The notes under the pieces were generated by a model. That model saw only the letters and a program-made list of their open reading frames with translations, had not been told where the DNA came from and made no database searches. This document shows positions 18,880 through 28,462 of a stretch of 64,000 bases of DNA, one piece after another; positions within the stretch are counted from its first letter, which is position 1, and every line of letters begins with the position of its first letter. Position numbers and translations under genes: made by a program. This stretch comes from an uncultured virus (IMG/VR IMGVR_UViG_3300044998_000523) (lineage: Duplodnaviria; Heunggongvirae; Uroviricota; Caudoviricetes), in IMG/VR virus record IMGVR_UViG_3300044998_000523; one strand, written 5' to 3'.

Positions 18880-21570
18880 ATGACCAAAACTTTTACCTAT
18901 GACGAGGCCAAGAGGGCCTCACTTGAATACTTTTCGGGCGATGCCATGGCAGCTGACGTCTTCGTCAGCAAGTATGCTCTCCGCAATAAGGATAACGCTC
19001 TTTTGGAGCGCATTCCGTCGGAGATGCATATGCGTCTGGCCAAGGAATTTGCTCGTGTCGAAGCCAAGTATCCGAACCCGATGTCTCTTCGAGAGATTTA
19101 CGGTTTGCTTTCTAACATCGATCATCTTTCCTTTGAAAAAGAATTTTCTGAGGGTGAGTTGGTGCTCTCCTCAAAGGGGATGGGACAGGTCGTCGCCCAA
19201 GGTAGCCCGATGTCGGGCATTGGCAACAGTCACCAATATCAATCTCTAAGCAATTGCTTCGTCATCCAGCCGCCGTTCGATTCTTATGCCGGCATCATGA
19301 AAACGGACCAAGAGCAAGCTCAGATCATGAAGCGCCGCGGAGGCGTGGGATTCGATATCTCATCCATTAGGCCTCGAGGAATGACGACATCGAATGCCGC
19401 CCGCACTACAGACGGCATCGGCGTCTTTATGGAAAGATTCAGCAATACGTGTCGAGAAGTGGGTCAGGGCGGCCGCCGAGGCGCTCTGATGCTGACTATC
19501 GACATTCGTCATCCAGAGATCGAAACCTTCATCAATATCAAGCGAGATAAAAAGAAGGTCACCGGTGCCAATGTCTCTATTCGTTTTAACGACGAATTTA
19601 TGACAGCGGTAGACAAGGATGAAGAATTTGTCTTGCGTTGGCCTGTCGAAGCTTCCGTCGCTGAGGCCCAGATCACGAAGCCTGTGAGGGCTCGGGATAT
19701 CTGGGATCAGATCATCGATGCCGCTTGGTATTCGGCCGAACCGGGAGTTCTTTTCTGGGATCGAGCGACCAAGCTGACTCCATCTGATATCTACAAGTCT
19801 TTTGGATTCGGATCGATTTCTACGAACCCCTGCGGAGAGATTATCCTCTCTCCGTATGATAGCTGTCGCTTGCTAGTTGTTAATTTCTCAAAATTCGTTC
19901 GAAATCCGTTTAAATCGGATGCGTATTTCGATTTTGAAGCTTTTGATGCCGTCGCGCAAAAAGCTCAGAGGTTGATGGATGACCTGATCGATCTCGAGAT
20001 CGAGTCGGTCGATCGGATCATTGACAAGATCATTTCTGATCCCGAGCCTGAAGATGTCAAGCGTACCGAGCTCGATCTTTGGAACAAGATTCGAAAGGCG
20101 GCCACCGAAGGTCGCCGGACGGGTTTGGGTCCCACAGCATTGGCTGACGCTTTGGCGATGCTCAATGTTCGTTACGGTTCAGACGAATCTATCGAGTGGA
20201 CCGAAAAGCTTTATAAAGCTCTCGAGTTAGCCGCTTACCGCTCAACTGTCAAGATGGCTAAAGAGCGCGGGGCGTTTCCGATCTTCGACGCTAAGCTCGA
20301 AAAGAAGCATCCCTTTATCGAAAAGATCCTTGCTCTCGATCCCCAACTCAAATCGGACTACGAGAAGTATGGTCGCCGCAATATCGCTTTGACGACGACT
20401 GCCCCTGTTGGGTCCGTTTCCATTCTGACCCAGACATCTTCAGGTATCGAACCCGTCTTTCTGACGTCCTATAAGAGGATGAGAAAGATCAATCCGGGCG
20501 ATGATACAGCTAAAGTCGATATGACGGACGAAATGGGAGATAAGTGGCAGGAATATACTGTCTATCATCCGGGAGTCCAGCAATGGATGGATGCGACGGG
20601 AGAGACCGACATCGAAAAGTCCCCTTACTGGAAAGCGACATCGGCCGATGTCGATTGGACAGCGGGTGTCAAGCTGCAAGCCGCGGCCCAACGCTGGATC
20701 TGTCACTCCATTTCGCGCACTTCCAATTTGCCCAAGAATGCTTCTCATTCTCTTATCTCTGAAATCTACATCGAGGCCTGGAAGAGCGGCTGCAAGGGAT
20801 TCACTGTATATCGAGACGGTTCTAGAACAGGCGTCCTTCTGACGGGCGAGACAGAGACAGCTTGGTTCGAAGGGATCCCGACCGAAGAGCTCGAAAAGTG
20901 TCTTGAAGTGGGTCACGCCAACATCGACAAGATGCCCGAGAAGTATATCAACTTTTTGGGAGAGGTCGAAATCGAGCTCAAGAAGAGAAGCGGAGAGTAC
21001 GATGAGAGACCGATCAAGGTTCTCGATGTGCATGCTCCCAAACGCCGCAATCAATTAGAGTGTGATATTCATCGGGTCAATGTCAAGGGAGAATCGTATA
21101 CGGTTTTGGTCGGGTTGCTGGATAACAAGCCGTACGAAGTGTTCTGCGGGCTGTCCGAGCAGTTCGAATTGCCCAAGAAGATCAAGAAAGGTCTGATTAT
21201 CAAGAATGGCAAGAAGGACGGCGTCGCCACTTACAATCTCAAGATCCCTATGGGTGATGATTTTATGCTTTTCAAGGATATCGTCAATATCTTTGACAAT
21301 CCGACTTACGGAGCTTTTACCCGCACCATCTCGTTGGCATTGCGCCACGGTGTGCCCATCCAGTTTCTTGTCGAGCAACTGAGAAAAGATAAGCGCGGAG
21401 ATTTCACGTCTTTTTCCAATGTCATTGCTCGAGTCCTAAGCAAGAATTATATCAAGGACGGCACCAAAGTGACAGAAGAGAAGACGTGTTCGAGCTGCAA
21501 TTCGGCGGCTCTAGTGTATCAGGAAGGCTGCGTCCTGTGCACGAATTGCGGTCATAGCAAGTGCTCTTGA
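18880..21570 (+). CDS. nrdJ: class II (B12-dependent) ribonucleotide reductase
   Basis: SLSNCFV, TNPCGEI, TAPVGS, GCKGFTVYRDGSR, C-terminal CxxC...CxxCGHSKC; no beta-subunit gene adjacent. Confidence 0.9.
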   Translation: MTKTFTYDEAKRASLEYFSGDAMAADVFVSKYALRNKDNALLERIPSEMHMRLAKEFARVEAKYPNPMSLREIYGLLSNIDHLSFEKEFSEGELVLSSKGMGQVVAQGSPMSGIGNSHQYQSLSNCFVIQPPFDSYAGIMKTDQEQAQIMKRRGGVGFDISSIRPRGMTTSNAARTTDGIGVFMERFSNTCREVGQGGRRGALMLTIDIRHPEIETFINIKRDKKKVTGANVSIRFNDEFMTAVDKDEEFVLRWPVEASVAEAQITKPVRARDIWDQIIDAAWYSAEPGVLFWDRATKLTPSDIYKSFGFGSISTNPCGEIILSPYDSCRLLVVNFSKFVRNPFKSDAYFDFEAFDAVAQKAQRLMDDLIDLEIESVDRIIDKIISDPEPEDVKRTELDLWNKIRKAATEGRRTGLGPTALADALAMLNVRYGSDESIEWTEKLYKALELAAYRSTVKMAKERGAFPIFDAKLEKKHPFIEKILALDPQLKSDYEKYGRRNIALTTTAPVGSVSILTQTSSGIEPVFLTSYKRMRKINPGDDTAKVDMTDEMGDKWQEYTVYHPGVQQWMDATGETDIEKSPYWKATSADVDWTAGVKLQAAAQRWICHSISRTSNLPKNASHSLISEIYIEAWKSGCKGFTVYRDGSRTGVLLTGETETAWFEGIPTEELEKCLEVGHANIDKMPEKYINFLGEVEIELKKRSGEYDERPIKVLDVHAPKRRNQLECDIHRVNVKGESYTVLVGLLDNKPYEVFCGLSEQFELPKKIKKGLIIKNGKKDGVATYNLKIPMGDDFMLFKDIVNIFDNPTYGAFTRTISLALRHGVPIQFLVEQLRKDKRGDFTSFSNVIARVLSKNYIKDGTKVTEEKTCSSCNSAALVYQEGCVLCTNCGHSKCS

Positions 21571-21616
21571 TGGTCTGATACTGGGCCGTCATAGGAGTAT
21601 ATGATTCGTATACCCA

Positions 21617-22606
21617 ATGCAATCAGAACAAGAGATCATCGATAGTATCGACAACGAAGAATTCGAATTGACGGCCCGCTCTAGAGCCCTAGAGTTTCTA
21701 GCTTCTCTCGAATCTTCTCCTCTAATCAAGACGACGATCCGAAGATATCTGAGTCACGAAGCTTATCTGCTTCGAGAATCAGCAGCGATTGCCGCCGTTT
21801 CTCATTTTGACTTTGACATCTTCGGATCCTTGTCGGATCGGCTAGATTCTCCGGAGGAATTGCCCGGAGTGAAAGAAACGATCGAAGAGACCCTAAAGTG
21901 TTGGGAGGATGAGGATCCCGTTAGGCTCCAGCGGTACCAGAAAATTAGGTCGAGGGTATTGAATGGTTCCAATACTGTCGAACTAGTCGAATATTCTGGG
22001 AATGACCTGGGACATGCTCTCAGCGCGTGGACGAGTACCTCGAGAGAGCTTTCTGACGAAAAAAGGGCGAGAGTGCCCAAATTGCTGCAAAAGCTAGCGT
22101 CTGAAGGACACCATACGCCATTCGAAAAGTCATACATGCGCTTTCTTGTCAAAGTCGATATGGCGACTCACATCCATTTGTTGAAGCACCGAATCGGAGT
22201 TTCTGTCAATGGAGAGTCGGCTCGATACAAGGAGCTTAAGGACGACAAGTATTATGTCCCGTTTGATATGCCCGATTTTGAAGAGCTCGATCTTTACGTC
22301 GAGCATCTTGAGATGTGTCTCGACCGATATCACAAGGCGTTGCAACGTTACGTCGATAAGGGAATTGCTCGTAAACGAGCCAAGGATATGGCGAGATTCT
22401 ACATTCCGTACGGCAATCAGCTTATATTGGACATATCGTTCAACTTTAGATCTTTCATGCACTTCCAGGGATTGAGAAATTCGGATCACGCTCAAAAAGA
22501 GGTTTGCAACCTAGCGAAAAATATGTTGCTAGCTCTCTGGGAGACGGGACAATTCAACGAATCTCTCCTGGCCTTCGGATGGAGCGAGGAGAAAATCCGT
22601 GGCTAA
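21617..22606 (+). CDS. thyX: flavin-dependent thymidylate synthase with N-terminal helical extension
   Basis: GHHTPFE, HLLKHRIGVSVNGESARY, HAQKEV; about 115 extra N-terminal residues. Confidence 0.9.
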   Translation: MQSEQEIIDSIDNEEFELTARSRALEFLASLESSPLIKTTIRRYLSHEAYLLRESAAIAAVSHFDFDIFGSLSDRLDSPEELPGVKETIEETLKCWEDEDPVRLQRYQKIRSRVLNGSNTVELVEYSGNDLGHALSAWTSTSRELSDEKRARVPKLLQKLASEGHHTPFEKSYMRFLVKVDMATHIHLLKHRIGVSVNGESARYKELKDDKYYVPFDMPDFEELDLYVEHLEMCLDRYHKALQRYVDKGIARKRAKDMARFYIPYGNQLILDISFNFRSFMHFQGLRNSDHAQKEVCNLAKNMLLALWETGQFNESLLAFGWSEEKIRG

Positions 22607-23180
22607 AATCATCGTATACGAGGGACCCGACCGGGTCGGAAAAGCGACGCAATCTAAGATGATGGTCGAATCCCTCATGGCAATGGGATTCAAAGCGACT
22701 CGAATCGAGGTGCCCGTCAAGAATTTTCTGCATCCTCGAATCTATGGCATGCTTAAGTCGGGTTTCGCCGCTCGTCATCCTTACATTTTCCAAGCCGTGC
22801 AGGTAGCTAATCGCCGAGTCTTCCAATTCTTCGAATTGCAGAAGATCATGAAGGAACATGATTATGTCGTTTTCGATCGTTGGTCTCCGTCGACATGGGT
22901 TTATGGCTTAGCGACCGGGTTACCGAGATGGTACGTCGATTTTTTGCTGCTGGGGATCAAGAAGCCCGATTATGTCGTAATATTGAACGGAACGCCCCAT
23001 GTGACTGAGATGAGGGATGTATATGAGAAGGATAGAACTCTGCAATCTAGAGTTAGGGATCTCTATCTGAATTACGCGGATGAAAATTCTGAAGTATGCA
23101 GCGTCATCCAAGCCAATATGGACAAGACTGAAGTTTTAGAATTGACATTTCAATCCCTGATAAGGGCGAAAGTGATTTGA
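22599..23180 (+). CDS. tmk: thymidylate kinase
   Basis: YEGPDRVGKATQ P-loop, FDRWSPS, KPD. Confidence 0.85.
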   Translation: MAKIIVYEGPDRVGKATQSKMMVESLMAMGFKATRIEVPVKNFLHPRIYGMLKSGFAARHPYIFQAVQVANRRVFQFFELQKIMKEHDYVVFDRWSPSTWVYGLATGLPRWYVDFLLLGIKKPDYVVILNGTPHVTEMRDVYEKDRTLQSRVRDLYLNYADENSEVCSVIQANMDKTEVLELTFQSLIRAKVI

Positions 23181-23190
23181 GGAGATACAG

Positions 23191-23442
23191 ATGAATAGCG
23201 TATACAAGCTGTCTGATGACGTCATCGCTGCTTTGGGAAAGCTGCTGCAGCTGGCCATTCTGACGGGTACGGATGTGACCGACTGGTTTCGAATGATCGA
23301 AGTGACTCCTGATCCGCAGGACGGTTCTCGTCTAGTGGTCAACGACGGCTATCGAGCTCGACTTGATCAGCAGATCGATGAGCTCGAGAGGAAAGCTCAC
23401 ACGATTATCGAGAGCTTGGAGAACGAGAGTGAGTCTAACTAA
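23191..23442 (+). CDS. hypothetical protein
   Basis: 83-aa ORF with GAGGAG Shine-Dalgarno site. Confidence 0.7.
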   Translation: MNSVYKLSDDVIAALGKLLQLAILTGTDVTDWFRMIEVTPDPQDGSRLVVNDGYRARLDQQIDELERKAHTIIESLENESESN

Positions 23443-23501
23443 TCTCATCGTGCTTAGCATCGTTCTCGGAGTCGCTTTCTATTACGCTGGAAAAAACGAC
23501 C

Positions 23502-23864
23502 ATGGATAAGCTCGCCAAAATGATGGAACAGCAGGAGAAGTTCATGCGTCTTCTCCAAGAAAAGAGAGGATTTCCTCCCTTTCCTGTCGATCTGACGAGC
23601 AAGGACGGTCAAAAATTCTTGAAGACGATATCGTACGAATGCGCCGACGAGCTCCACGAGTCTCGTCAACATCTCAAAAACAAGGATCATCGTGCGACCC
23701 ATATCAAGGATATCGATCGTGAGGCGTATGTCGAGGAGCTCGTCGACGCTTTGCACTTCTTTTTCGAAATTGTGATCGCTTCGGGGATCGGCGTCGACGA
23801 GCTGTACGATGCATATATGAAAAAAGGCGACATCAACGTCAATCGGATCAACAACGATTACTGA
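23502..23864 (+). CDS. all-alpha dNTP pyrophosphatase, T4 gp56 dCTPase/dUTPase-like
   Basis: DELHE...EELVDALHFF...ELYDAYMKK..N..R...Y matches the gp56/dimeric dUTPase pattern. Confidence 0.7.
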   Translation: MDKLAKMMEQQEKFMRLLQEKRGFPPFPVDLTSKDGQKFLKTISYECADELHESRQHLKNKDHRATHIKDIDREAYVEELVDALHFFFEIVIASGIGVDELYDAYMKKGDINVNRINNDY

Positions 23865-23948
23865 CCCCTTTACATGGGTTAGATGATGATTATCCATAAC
23901 TTTGGAAGGCAAAAGATTGAAAGCCTTCTTTTTTTAGGAGTAGCAGCA

Positions 23949-24341
23949 ATGAACTCTCTAGTAAAAAGAACAGCAATTGATCGCATTTTTGACGACTTCT
24001 TCGGTTTTGGAGGTTTGGGATCCGATCTCGCAAGAGGGGATATCGTGACTCATCACACTTACGGTTACCCTCGACAGAAGAAAATCGAGGGCGGAATCCA
24101 GATGGCTTGGGATCTTCCCGGAGTCAAAAAGGAAGACCTCAACATCGACGTCGAAAGCAACGTCCTCAAGATCTCGGCAAAGAGATATGATCTCGATGAG
24201 CAGTTCACGTCGACGTATAAGCTGAGCGAGATCTACGATCGAGAATCGGCCGACGCTCAGTTGGCCGATGGCATACTCACGATAACGTTCAAAGAGAGAG
24301 AAGACGTGAAACCTAAGCGTCTGACAGTGTCAGTGAAGTGA
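23949..24341 (+). CDS. small heat shock protein Hsp20
   Basis: DLPGVKKEDLNIDVESNVLKIS...AQLADGILTI; AGGAG upstream of ATG 23949. Confidence 0.9.
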   Translation: MNSLVKRTAIDRIFDDFFGFGGLGSDLARGDIVTHHTYGYPRQKKIEGGIQMAWDLPGVKKEDLNIDVESNVLKISAKRYDLDEQFTSTYKLSEIYDRESADAQLADGILTITFKEREDVKPKRLTVSVK

Positions 24342-24343
24342 AA

Positions 24344-24372
24344 TTTCGGGCCCCTCGGGGCCCGAAACGTTT
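24344..24372 (+). terminator. intrinsic terminator hairpin
   Basis: TTTCGGGCCCC-TC-GGGGCCCGAAA perfect inverted repeat right after the hsp20 stop. Confidence 0.75.
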
Positions 24373-24373
24373 A

Positions 24374-24402
24374 ATGTAATTGCTCTGACCGTTGGTTATA
24401 AT
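24374..24402 (+). promoter_or_regulatory. promoter ATGTAA-N17-TATAAT
   Basis: Perfect -10 box, followed by GAGGAGG. Confidence 0.65.
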
Positions 24403-24419
24403 GAACCTCTGAGGAGGGT

Positions 24420-24821
24420 GTGTGCATCGAACCGATGACCCACCAGCTGGGGTTCCTCCATACGTTCGAGCAGTACGAGAACTGGAAGAAGACCAGAAAT
24501 GCTGCTCGCGCCCATCTCGAAGCAAAGTACGGATACGATACTAAGCACGGCATGCATCTTCTCAGGCTTATGAGAATGTGTGTCGAGATCCCGGAGACAG
24601 GAAAAGTCCTCGTCAAGAGGCCTGATCGGGAAGAGCTGCTGCAGATTAGAGCCGGCGCATGGTCTTACGATCGCTTGATCGAAGAGGCTGAAGCTCTGGA
24701 GCAGAAGTGCGACAAGCTCTATCTGGTGTCTGAAGCTTTGTCCAGAGAGTGCGATAGAAACTTTCTGGACGAACTTGTAGTTGATATGTCACTTCGATAT
24801 CACGCAAAACACGCAGGTTGA
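24420..24821 (+). pseudogene. C-terminal remnant of a Pol-beta-like nucleotidyltransferase
   Basis: GYDTKHGMHLLRLMRM...REELLQIRAG is the C-terminal helical part of this family; the catalytic GS..DxD N-terminus is absent. Confidence 0.65.
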
Positions 24822-24836
24822 GTCCTACGTAATAAG

Positions 24837-25646
24837 ATGGGCGGTCGACGTAAGTACCTTCGCTATACCGACCTTCATCTCAATTTGGCCTGGCCGTTTA
24901 GCGTACGTTGGCTTGTCAAGCACATAAACGACGAGGACCCGGCAGGCGTTTTCATCACGGGAGACATCACGTCGGGTCCCTCTTTGGAATTTCATTTGAC
25001 GCAATTGGCTCGCGGCGTCAAGTGTCCCGTTTATTTCGTGCTGGGAAATCATGATTATCACAAGCGTTCCATCGCTGGCACTCACGATGATGTGAGAAGG
25101 ATCTGCTCCCAGTATCCGAATATGAAATGGATGACGGAGTCGGGTATTATTTCGTTGAACGAAGAGACGGCGCTCATCGGAGCCGAAGGATGGTATGACG
25201 CCGAGATTGGGAATCCGAAGTGGCTCAGGTTCACTACGGATTGGCTCCTGATGCCTGATCTTTTTTTCTTGGAGTCTATGGAAGAGCGGGTCGAATATTT
25301 TAGATCGATGGCTGATCGAGCCGCTCGACTCGTCGAGGATCGATTAGAAAAAGCATTCGAGACCCATAAGAGTGCTTACGTCCTGACTCACGTACCGCCT
25401 TGGTCCGAAGCAACGGAGAATCGCGGATCTCTCTTCGAAAGCTTGTGGCTTAGCTACAATACGAATACTCGTTTGGGATTCTCCATCGAGAACGTCATGC
25501 GGACCCGCAAAAATCGATACGTCACTGTTCTGGCGGGTCACACTCATGTGCCCGTCAACGTGCATGTGCGTCGCAATATCGAGTGTCGAGTCGGACGTCC
25601 CAATCAGCTGGGTCGTTTTCGATCGGTCGAGAAGATTTACATCTAG
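24837..25646 (+). CDS. calcineurin-like metallophosphoesterase (CpdA/Icc-like)
   Basis: TDLH, TGDI, LGNHD, THVPP, GHTH. Confidence 0.9.
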   Translation: MGGRRKYLRYTDLHLNLAWPFSVRWLVKHINDEDPAGVFITGDITSGPSLEFHLTQLARGVKCPVYFVLGNHDYHKRSIAGTHDDVRRICSQYPNMKWMTESGIISLNEETALIGAEGWYDAEIGNPKWLRFTTDWLLMPDLFFLESMEERVEYFRSMADRAARLVEDRLEKAFETHKSAYVLTHVPPWSEATENRGSLFESLWLSYNTNTRLGFSIENVMRTRKNRYVTVLAGHTHVPVNVHVRRNIECRVGRPNQLGRFRSVEKIYI

Positions 25647-25674
25647 TGTAAACGAAACCTTCCTGTCCTAGGAT
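25646..25674 (+). promoter_or_regulatory. promoter GTGTAA-N17-TAGGAT
   Basis: Recurrent pattern, 6 nt upstream of ATG 25681. Confidence 0.55.
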
Positions 25675-25680
25675 AGGACC

Positions 25681-25911
25681 ATGAGAACCATCGTCATGAC
25701 CATCGGTCTGCCGGCGAGCGGCAAGTCCACGTATTCCAAGGAGCTCGTGAAGAAGGAGCCCGGGCGCTGGAAGCGCGTCAGCAAGGACGATCTCCGAGAG
25801 ATGTTCGACTGCTACGAGTTCACTCAATCGAATGAAAAGTTCGTCGAGGGTTGGCGCGAAATGGGTCTGACCTGTTTTCAAGTGGCTGAGGGGGCTGAGG
25901 GCAACTTCTGA
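25681..25911 (+). pseudogene. polynucleotide kinase/phosphatase (PseT-like) with large internal deletion
   Basis: Kinase N-terminus GLPASGKST..RVSKDDLR is joined directly to the phosphatase C-terminus WREMGLTCFQVAEG..F. Confidence 0.7.
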
Positions 25912-25920
25912 GGAGACATC

Positions 25921-26238
25921 ATGGCTTTCGTTATCAAGAAAGAAATACTCAAGGACATGAAGACGCGGCTCTTGCTCAAGGCGTTGCGTAAATGTTGCGT
26001 CACACAAGAGCAGCTGGATACGTGGTATGCCACCGTCAAGAGCGCTCTGCCGGAGCTCTCGGAAGAGATGAAGCCGACGGTCAACAAAGCCGATTACGAA
26101 CGCACGACGCGAGCTCCTGCTCGAGCTTTTGGATACGAAGACTATGTCGGCTGCGATGTGACGATCGCTGATCCGAAGGCCGAGCTCTCGACAAGGGAGC
26201 ATGTGCCCAACAAGTTCGAGGCCAAGGTTCTTTGTTGA
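25921..26238 (+). CDS. hypothetical protein
   Basis: 105-aa ORF with GAGGAG Shine-Dalgarno site. Confidence 0.55.
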   Translation: MAFVIKKEILKDMKTRLLLKALRKCCVTQEQLDTWYATVKSALPELSEEMKPTVNKADYERTTRAPARAFGYEDYVGCDVTIADPKAELSTREHVPNKFEAKVLC

Positions 26239-26320
26239 GAGAAGAACAAAAAGAATCGTAGCAAGGGCCGCCGAGATCGCTAAATGTACTTCGATCAAGC
26301 CAGGATTACGATGTACAGGT

Positions 26321-26890
26321 ATGAAAAGATCAATCCTGGATCGTGTGATCCTGTGCGACAGCGACGAGGTCTTGTCGGATTGTGTCAATCCGATCCTTGA
26401 TATCGTGCATGATATCACAGGCGTCAGATACAAGAAAGAGGACCTGACGAATTGGGATGTGCTCGAAAGCATAGGTCGCAAGGACCTGCAAGAACAAGTC
26501 TCGGCGAGATGTTCTGTCCCGGGCTTTTGCGAAAATTTCCAACTGCTTCCCGGTGCTCAAGAGGGAATTCGTCGATTGAGCGAATTGGGCACTGTTGTCA
26601 TAGTCACATCTCCGATGAGCGTCCCTAATTGGGCATACGAGCGCACTCGCTGGTTGCAAAAGCATTTCGGTATTCCGCGCACGCGCGTCATCCATACGAC
26701 GGGCAAGGAGTTTGTGTCGGGCTGCTGTCTCATCGACGACAAAGCAGACAATCTCTTCAGATGGAAGGCCAGAAATCCCCATGGGAAGGCTTTCTTGTGG
26801 GAAGCACCCTACAATAGGTTCGTGCAATCTTCGGGCCTAGTGAAAGTTTCGAAATGGGATGAAATCATCAATGTGTTGTCGAGAATGTAA
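26321..26890 (+). CDS. 5'(3')-deoxyribonucleotidase (HAD, NT5C family)
   Basis: CDSDEVL, IVTSP, LIDDK, PYN; start reassigned to ATG 26321. Confidence 0.85.
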   Translation: MKRSILDRVILCDSDEVLSDCVNPILDIVHDITGVRYKKEDLTNWDVLESIGRKDLQEQVSARCSVPGFCENFQLLPGAQEGIRRLSELGTVVIVTSPMSVPNWAYERTRWLQKHFGIPRTRVIHTTGKEFVSGCCLIDDKADNLFRWKARNPHGKAFLWEAPYNRFVQSSGLVKVSKWDEIINVLSRM

Positions 26891-26914
26891 ACGATACGTC
26901 GATCGTGGTATCAT
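26885..26914 (+). promoter_or_regulatory. promoter ATGTAA-N18-TATCAT with extended TG
   Basis: Recurrent pattern upstream of 26924. Confidence 0.5.
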
Positions 26915-26923
26915 TGGGGTATA

Positions 26924-27757
26924 ATGAAGCTTGCAGTCTGCTCTGATATCCACCTCAATTTTCTCAATATTGACAAGATCACGCAGTTTGCGGAAAAGGT
27001 CTTCAAGGCCGGACCCGATGCAGTGCTTGTTACCGGTGATTTGAGCGAAGGTGACAAGCTGATCGCTCATCTCAGCATACTGTTGGCTGTCATCGACCGA
27101 CCCATCTACTTCGTGTTGGGAAATCACGACTACTGGAACAGCTCCTTCAAGAAGGTGCAGGATTCCCTCAAAGCTTTGATGACGGCCGAGAAGCGCCTCG
27201 TTTGGCTGCAGGTAGCCGATCCTGTCGTTCTTTCCGACAAGACCGCGTTGACGGGAGTCGATGGCTGGTACGATGCTGGTTGGGGCGATTGGAAAAAGGG
27301 CGGGATCTTCATGAACGACTGGGTTCGCATCGACGAATTTTCGGTCGGCAAGTATCACATGCCTTACGGTGGCATGAGTCACGACAAGGGAGCGTATATC
27401 TCTATGTCGAGGCAAAAGGCGGCCGAAGACGCTCGCATCGGCAAGGATCTCTTGGACAAGGCATTCGCCTTGAGGGATCATGTCATTTTTGCGACGCATG
27501 TGCCTCCCTTCACCGAAGTAGCTAAGTACAGGGGTCGTCCGACTGAGTCGGATGCGCTGCCGTTCTATACGTCTAGGACGATGGGCAACATGCTCGAGGA
27601 GTACGCCAAGAGTTTACCTATCGAGAAGACCCTCACGGTCTTTTGCGGGCACACTCATGACAAGGCTAAGCATCGAGTCGCACACAACTTGACTGTTTAC
27701 TGCGCGCCGGCCGAATATGGCCGTCCCGCGATTAGTGAGATGGTCAACATTCTCTAA
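26924..27757 (+). CDS. calcineurin-like metallophosphoesterase, paralog of 24837
   Basis: SDIH, TGDL, LGNHD, GWYD, THVPP, GHTH. Confidence 0.9.
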   Translation: MKLAVCSDIHLNFLNIDKITQFAEKVFKAGPDAVLVTGDLSEGDKLIAHLSILLAVIDRPIYFVLGNHDYWNSSFKKVQDSLKALMTAEKRLVWLQVADPVVLSDKTALTGVDGWYDAGWGDWKKGGIFMNDWVRIDEFSVGKYHMPYGGMSHDKGAYISMSRQKAAEDARIGKDLLDKAFALRDHVIFATHVPPFTEVAKYRGRPTESDALPFYTSRTMGNMLEEYAKSLPIEKTLTVFCGHTHDKAKHRVAHNLTVYCAPAEYGRPAISEMVNIL

Positions 27758-28462
27758 TGGGAGCGAAGCATCAAAATACAGAGCGAGCCCGCTTACAACG
27801 TAAGCTTGATGAAAATCAATCGCTGATTGGATCTTGGTATCTTGATCAGCGATTGACATCAAATGAGATACAAGAAAAGATTAATCAAATCGGACTGAAC
27901 GTTACAGTCGGCCAAATTCATTACGCTTTTCGACGATTTGGCTTCAAAAGAAGCAGAACTGTTAATTCTCCTCGATTGAAAATTGCTGCGCAGGTAAGGG
28001 AATACGTTACCAAAAGATGTAAGCACTGTAACGAGGAATACGTTCCGAAAAATTCGACGCAACTTTTTTGTAAGGTTTGCGCCCCCCGACGGAACTCATC
28101 GTGGTCGTATTAAAAGATATGGAATTGGCAAGCGCGAACTCGATTTGATGATTTCAAATCAAAAAGACAGTTGCGCTATTTGTGATTGTCCAATTACTCT
28201 GTATACAGCAGCTGTTGACCATGACCACCAAACAACGGTGGTTCGTGGTTTACTATGCAAACCATGTAATCTTAAGCTTTGTGTTATTGAAGATAGCGAA
28301 TCTCTTAAACGAGCTCAAGAGTACCTTCGAAAGACGAAAAAATGTCAGCTCCTAAACGATTTGTCGGCCTACATGGCCATACAACCTATAGCGTCGCGGA
28401 TGGTTTCGGGCAGCCTGAGGAGCATATCGAGTTCGCACTCGAAAACGGGATGGATGCGATAG
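27757..28462 (+). pseudogene. frameshifted endonuclease VII-like HNH homing endonuclease
   Basis: CAIC...VDHDH..VRGLLCKPCN in the second fragment; removing one C from the C6 run at 28082-28087 joins both ORFs; AT-rich. Confidence 0.75.
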
